From: Deltaproteobacteria bacterium
Lineage (GTDB): Bacteria; Myxococcota_A; UBA796; UBA9615
DNA length: 18,267 bases
NCBI GenBank assembly: GCA_023954745.1
Contig: JAGSHC010000130.1
Coordinates: 1 to 18,267, forward strand
Reading direction: 5' to 3'
Shown here: one piece after another, positions 14,625 through 18,267 of the stretch
Numbering within the stretch: position 1 is the first letter of the stretch
Layout: the number at the start of each line of letters is the position of its first letter
Made by a program: the position numbers and the translations under genes
The notes under the pieces: generated by a model
Told to the model about the DNA's origin: nothing
Database searches by the model: none
The model's input: only the letters and a program-made list of their open reading frames with translations

Positions 14625-14843
14625 ATGGACTCCTCCTCCAACAACGGGGACATGGAAGCTCAGCTCGTCGCCCTGTACGAGGAGAAGGAGCTCCTGGAGC
14701 AGGAGTTGGGGATCTCCAGCGCCGACCTCCTCATCGCGATGGTGCGCAGCATGGAAGAACAGCTGATCGCGCTCTACACGGAGAAGGAGACCTCGTGGAG
14801 GTCCGCGACTTCGCCCGCCAGCTCCTCTTCGGAGAGTCGCTAA
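14625..14843 (+). CDS. Small acidic ORF (72 aa) with an internal direct repeat (MEAQLVALYEEKELLEQ / MEEQLIALYTEKE); possibly a separate micro-protein or the displaced N-terminus of the downstream gene
   Basis: ATG at 14625 lies 3 nt after the PYP-2 stop, with GAGG 11 nt upstream. Codon-3 GC is very high up to ~14793 in this frame. The coding signal then transfers to the -1 frame at ~14795, where the downstream ORF begins. Confidence 0.3.
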   Translation: MDSSSNNGDMEAQLVALYEEKELLEQELGISSADLLIAMVRSMEEQLIALYTEKETSWRSATSPASSSSESR

Positions 14844-16711
14844 GCGACAAGCTCGCGGCGCCGCCCGCTGGCACCCTCCGCGACGATGACCCCGGGCCTC
14901 CCATGGAGGCTCCGGACGCCCCAGGTCGCCCACCCCAGTTGGCGTTTCGTTCCGACCGCCCGCCGGTCCGCTTCCCGCACGCCTCCCGCCTTGGCGATCC
15001 GTCCGCGGCGGTCACCGCCCTGCACAGCTTCGCCAACCACGAGCTCCTCGCCCTCGAGTTGATGGCCCTCGCGCTGCTTCGCTTTCCCAGCGCTGACCCG
15101 CGCTTTCGTCGCGAGCTCATCGCGACCATGCGCGATGAGCAGCGGCATCTCGCGATGTACCTGGAGCGGATCGAGGAGCTCGGGGGGCGGTTCGGAGAGC
15201 ACGCCACGAGCCCCTTCTTCTGGGACTGCCTCGCCCACACGGACACCGTCGACGCGTTCGTCGCGGGGATGAGCTTGACCCTCGAGCAGGCAAACCTCGA
15301 CTTCGCCGTGGAGTACGCCGCCGCGTTCCGCGCGGTGGGCGACGAGCGCACGGCAGCCCTCCTGGAGCGGGTTCATCGCGAGGAGATCGCACACGTCGCG
15401 CGGGGGGTTCAGCACTTCAGCCGGGCACACCCCGACACCCCGCTCTGGGAGGCGTTCGTCCAGAGCTTGCCCGACCCTCTCACTCCGCGACGCGCCCGCG
15501 GGAACACTGTGGATCTCCCCTCTCGCAGCCGCGCGGGGCTCCCCGAGAGCTTCGTGCAGCACGTGCGCGTCTACGCCCACAGCAAGGGACGCCGGCCGAT
15601 TCTGTACGTGTGGAACCCCGCGTGTGAGGACGAGATCGCCAAGGGGCCTCACCACGCGCGCGCCGCCGTGGTGGCCGATCTCGAGCACGACTTGGAGACG
15701 CTGCCGCTGCTCCTGGCCAGCGAGGACGATGTCGTGCAGGTCAGCGAAGCCCCTGCCCTCTCCTGGTTGGCGACCCTCGCCGACGCGGGACTGCCGCTCC
15801 CTCGCTTCGCCACTCCCGAGGAGGCCGCAACCCTGGAGGTGGAGCGCGTGGCGCCCTGGGGCGTCAGCCCCGCCTTCCCCCAGTGGAGCGAGACGCTGCG
15901 GCCGGTCTTCGACAAGCGCTGGTCGGCGGACTGGCTGGGACGACTCCACGACGACCTCCAGAAGCGCTCCGGCGGTCGGCTGCTCCCCGGCGACGCTCTG
16001 CCCACCCTCGTGCATGACGCGGACGACGCCTGGCGACGCGCAAAGGCGCTTCGCAGCCGAGGCTTCCCCCACGTGGTCTTCAAGCAGGGGCTCGGAGCCA
16101 GCGGACGAGGGCAGCTGCGACTCCTCCACGAGCCCGAGCCGACGACCTCCCAGTGGGGGTGGCTACGCCGTCACGGTCCCAGCGGTCTGCGGGTGGAGCC
16201 GTGGCTGGAGCGGGAGGCGGACCTGTCGTTCCATTTCGACCTCGACGACGCCGGCCTGCACCCGCGCGGGGTCGTCTCCTTCACGACCGACCGAGGAGGG
16301 CGCTTTCTTGCAGCGCGGGTCGGCTCCCCCACCGCAGGACTGCCTGGCCCGGTGCGTCGATTCCTCGCTGGCGACGGCAAGGACACCCGATGGCTCGACC
16401 GGGTTCTCGCGGGCTTGGCCGCCCTCGCGGAGCCGCTCTGGGACGCTGGCCATCGCGGCCCCGTCGGCATCGATGCGATGGTCGCGCTGGACCCCCGTGA
16501 CGGACGCCGTGCGCTTCAACCCATGCTGGAGCTCAATCCGCGCTGGACGTTCGGACGCCTCGCGCTGCGGCTGAGAGGCCGAGGAGCGAGGAACGGGTGG
16601 CTCCGACTGGTCTCACCCGACGACGCACCGGGGCTGGTCGCCGCGGGAGCCGTCGCGCTCAACGACCCTCAGCGCGCCCGGCGGGTGGTCGCAGTCTGGG
16701 ACCGCGGGTAA
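14795..16711 (+). CDS. Ferritin-like diiron-motif domain (DUF455-like) fused to an ATP-grasp-like C-terminal domain
   Basis: GTG at 14795 has a strong SD 'AAGGAG' (14784-14789) and a 5-nt spacer. An alternative ATG is at 14903. The N-terminal half has paired E...ExxH motifs ('ANHELLALE', 'RDEQRHL', 'LEQANLDF', 'HREEIAHV') typical of ferritin-like/DUF455 proteins. The C-terminal half has ATP-grasp-like segments ('PHVVFKQGLGASGRGQLRL', 'GIDAMV', 'LELNPRWT' ExN motif). Confidence 0.65.
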   Translation: MEVRDFARQLLFGESLSDKLAAPPAGTLRDDDPGPPMEAPDAPGRPPQLAFRSDRPPVRFPHASRLGDPSAAVTALHSFANHELLALELMALALLRFPSADPRFRRELIATMRDEQRHLAMYLERIEELGGRFGEHATSPFFWDCLAHTDTVDAFVAGMSLTLEQANLDFAVEYAAAFRAVGDERTAALLERVHREEIAHVARGVQHFSRAHPDTPLWEAFVQSLPDPLTPRRARGNTVDLPSRSRAGLPESFVQHVRVYAHSKGRRPILYVWNPACEDEIAKGPHHARAAVVADLEHDLETLPLLLASEDDVVQVSEAPALSWLATLADAGLPLPRFATPEEAATLEVERVAPWGVSPAFPQWSETLRPVFDKRWSADWLGRLHDDLQKRSGGRLLPGDALPTLVHDADDAWRRAKALRSRGFPHVVFKQGLGASGRGQLRLLHEPEPTTSQWGWLRRHGPSGLRVEPWLEREADLSFHFDLDDAGLHPRGVVSFTTDRGGRFLAARVGSPTAGLPGPVRRFLAGDGKDTRWLDRVLAGLAALAEPLWDAGHRGPVGIDAMVALDPRDGRRALQPMLELNPRWTFGRLALRLRGRGARNGWLRLVSPDDAPGLVAAGAVALNDPQRARRVVAVWDRG

Positions 16712-16803
16712 GCGGACAGCCGGGGGCCGCTCAGTCCGGGAAGGCCTGGCAGAAGCCCGATGCCGCTGAAGCCACCTCCGCAGGCGTCGTTCGCCGCGAC
16801 GTC

Positions 16804-17781
16804 TCATGGCGCCGGTCCTCGCTCACCCGGAGCTGTGCCGGATGACTCGATGTCGAACAGACGCAGGATCTGATTGCGCCAGCTTGCAGGCGCGGCGATG
16901 ACGATACGATCCGTCTGCGCCACGGCGCGGCCATCGGGCAGAGACCCCACCACCACCCTCTCCTCTTCGCCGGTCTCACTGATCCACTCCACGGTGAGCC
17001 CTCCAGCCGCGAGGGCCTCTTCGGCCATCGGAGACAACGGCCGGGGCAGCACTTCCCCCCCTGGGACCGCAGTCAGGGACCAGCCCACCGCCTCCGCCAT
17101 GTCGCGGTCGGCGACGTCCAAGGACCTGCCGCTGCCGACGCGGTCCATCCACCATTTGGCGGGGCCAGCGCCAGGTTCGCGCACGAGAGTGCGGCGGTGG
17201 GTTCCGTCGTCTACGTGGAGGACAGCGGGGTCACCGACACAGAGAAGAGGCTCGGTGGGGTCGAGCCAATACTCCACGCGCGCGAGTTCGAGGGGGTCCT
17301 GTTCGAGGAGCAGCTCGCTCCAGAAGGCCGTCCGCTGCCCTTTGACCCGGACCGCTCGACGCCCGCGCACGAGGCGGTCTCCAAGAGCGACATGCAGAAG
17401 CCGGATGTCTCGGTCCCGATCGAATCCGACAGCCACCCTGTGGGGCCCAAGGCGCATGGCCTCGTCCCCCCGGACCGTCTCCACCTCCGCAGCGGCCTCC
17501 ACGAGCCTCAGCCCCTGGACCGCGTCGAAGAGCGCCCCCACTCTCCCCGCCGTGACGCGTCCCGCGGCACCCCGGTAGATCTCCCACCCCGCGTCGGAGC
17601 CCTCGCGACGCAGCCCCAAGGTGTGATCCCCCTGGGTGATCTCGATGAGTTGCACGCTCGCAGGCTCGAGGCGGAGGGTGTAGGGCGGATCTGCCGGGAC
17701 TGCGCCCCGCCACTGATCCAGCACCAGAAACGTCAGGATCGCTACAAGGACGACCACCGCAGCACGCACGAAGCGCCTCAC
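16804..17781 (-). CDS. Hypothetical membrane-anchored protein (N-terminal signal-anchor helix, extracytoplasmic domain)
   Basis: N-terminus 'MRRFVRAAVVVLVAILTFLVLDQW' looks like a signal-anchor. Codon-3 GC is high throughout. No catalytic motifs are recognised. It is convergent with the upstream + strand operon, with a 92-bp spacer. Confidence 0.55.
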   Translation of the reverse strand: MRRFVRAAVVVLVAILTFLVLDQWRGAVPADPPYTLRLEPASVQLIEITQGDHTLGLRREGSDAGWEIYRGAAGRVTAGRVGALFDAVQGLRLVEAAAEVETVRGDEAMRLGPHRVAVGFDRDRDIRLLHVALGDRLVRGRRAVRVKGQRTAFWSELLLEQDPLELARVEYWLDPTEPLLCVGDPAVLHVDDGTHRRTLVREPGAGPAKWWMDRVGSGRSLDVADRDMAEAVGWSLTAVPGGEVLPRPLSPMAEEALAAGGLTVEWISETGEEERVVVGSLPDGRAVAQTDRIVIAAPASWRNQILRLFDIESSGTAPGERGPAP

Positions 17782-17815
17782 GCGATGGCTCCAGTCGACC
17801 CGCGCTTCGGGAGCG

Positions 17816-18267
17816 CTATTGACCGAGCAGGCCGCGCAGGGCCGTCGCGAGCTCAGCGGGCGTCGCGTATCGGTCCTCGGGGGCGAAGGACAGCGCCTTC
17901 ATGCAGATGTCGGAGAGCTGATGGGGGACCGTCACCTCCTTCTGACGAAGGTGGGGAGCAACGAGGTTGCCGCGGAGGGCATCCCGCAGGGCGCGGCGGG
18001 GGTCGCCACGCCGGACCGCCGGTCTCCAGGCGACGAACTCGTAGAGCAAGCAGCCCAGTCCGTAGACGTCGGTCCGCGCGTCGAGGTCGCCGACCCGCCC
18101 CGTGATCTGCTCCGGGGCCATGTACCCGGGAGTGCCGCCGGGGCGTCCGCCCATGCCGGGCCCCGTCTCGATGCTGCGTACGACGGAGACCCCCCAGTCG
18201 AGTAAGAGGCACTTGGCGTCCCCGCACCGGCCACGGGCAAGAAAGATGTTCCCGGGCTCGAGGTCGC
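17816..18267 (-). CDS. Ser/Thr protein kinase, 3' portion only (gene runs off the window end); atypical catalytic-loop and DFG motifs
   Basis: The minus-strand translation continues in frame to the window edge: '(R)DLEPGNIFLARGRCGDAKCLLLDWGVSVVRSIETGPGMGGRPGGTPGYMAPEQ...DVYGLGCLLYEF...DRYATPAELATALRGLLGQ*'. The APE and subdomain IX motifs are canonical. The catalytic loop reads RDLEP (Lys->Glu) and DFG is DWG. Confidence 0.7.
   Translation of the reverse strand, partial: DLEPGNIFLARGRCGDAKCLLLDWGVSVVRSIETGPGMGGRPGGTPGYMAPEQITGRVGDLDARTDVYGLGCLLYEFVAWRPAVRRGDPRRALRDALRGNLVAPHLRQKEVTVPHQLSDICMKALSFAPEDRYATPAELATALRGLLGQ

Noticed and set aside
14840-16129. 429-aa minus-strand ORF antisense to the diiron/ATP-grasp gene, and 15624..16574 (+) in an alternate frame
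   Set aside because: They have no motifs and a Arg/Pro/Gly-rich composition. The sense frame has the ExxH and ATP-grasp motifs and high codon-3 GC.
10987-16711. Looked for tyrosine ammonia-lyase (MIO 'ASG' motif, ~500 aa) or 4-coumarate-CoA ligase (AMP-binding motif) genes that usually accompany pyp
   Set aside because: No ORF in the window has these signatures. Their absence is noted as a finding rather than annotated as a feature.
16712-16803. Searched the convergent spacer between the diiron/ATP-grasp gene and the membrane-protein gene for a bidirectional intrinsic terminator
   Set aside because: I found only imperfect GC-rich partial complementarity (ccggggg…cccgg) with no clean stem plus U-tract. 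It is not supportable from the sequence alone.

Overview
This is a high-GC (~70%) bacterial chromosomal segment. The GC content and the Ser/Thr kinases flanking both ends resemble a myxobacterial-type genome, but that is inference only. Codon-3 GC is very high in real genes, so most six-frame ORFs on the opposite strand or in alternate frames are artefacts. I support 13 genes. (1) 35..976 (+) is a hypothetical protein. (2) 993..2126 (-) is a canonical Hanks-type Ser/Thr protein kinase. (3) 2227..10764 (-) is a tightly packed three-gene operon: a YqiJ/NfeD-like OB-fold membrane protein with a long (A/G)LDG tandem repeat, then a flotillin/SPFH (YqiK-like) protein, then a 1876-aa giant protein with an AAA_5/MoxR-like P-loop ATPase module embedded in long alpha-helical regions. 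The flotillin stop and giant-gene start overlap as ATGCCTGA. (4) 10987..16711 (+) is an overlapping-gene operon: a TIGR01777/YfcH-type NAD-binding epimerase fused to an SRPBCC domain, then a DUF523(TudS-like)-DUF1722(YbgA-like) protein, then two tandem paralogues each fusing an excisionase/MerR-type HTH_17 DNA-binding domain to a photoactive-yellow-protein (PYP) domain that retains the chromophore cysteine ('VAPCT'), then a small repeat-containing ORF, then a ferritin-like diiron (DUF455-like) / ATP-grasp fusion protein. (5) 16804..17781 (-) is a membrane-anchored hypothetical protein, and 17816..18267 (-) is the 3' part of a second Ser/Thr kinase gene whose visible catalytic motifs are atypical (RDLEPGN, DWG). 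The two candidate systems are the flotillin-NfeD-giant ATPase module and the HTH-PYP putative blue-light transcription factor pair sitting in a light/photo-oxidative-stress-type operon with no TAL/pCL chromophore genes in the window. No rRNA, tRNA, CRISPR array or IS element is evident.
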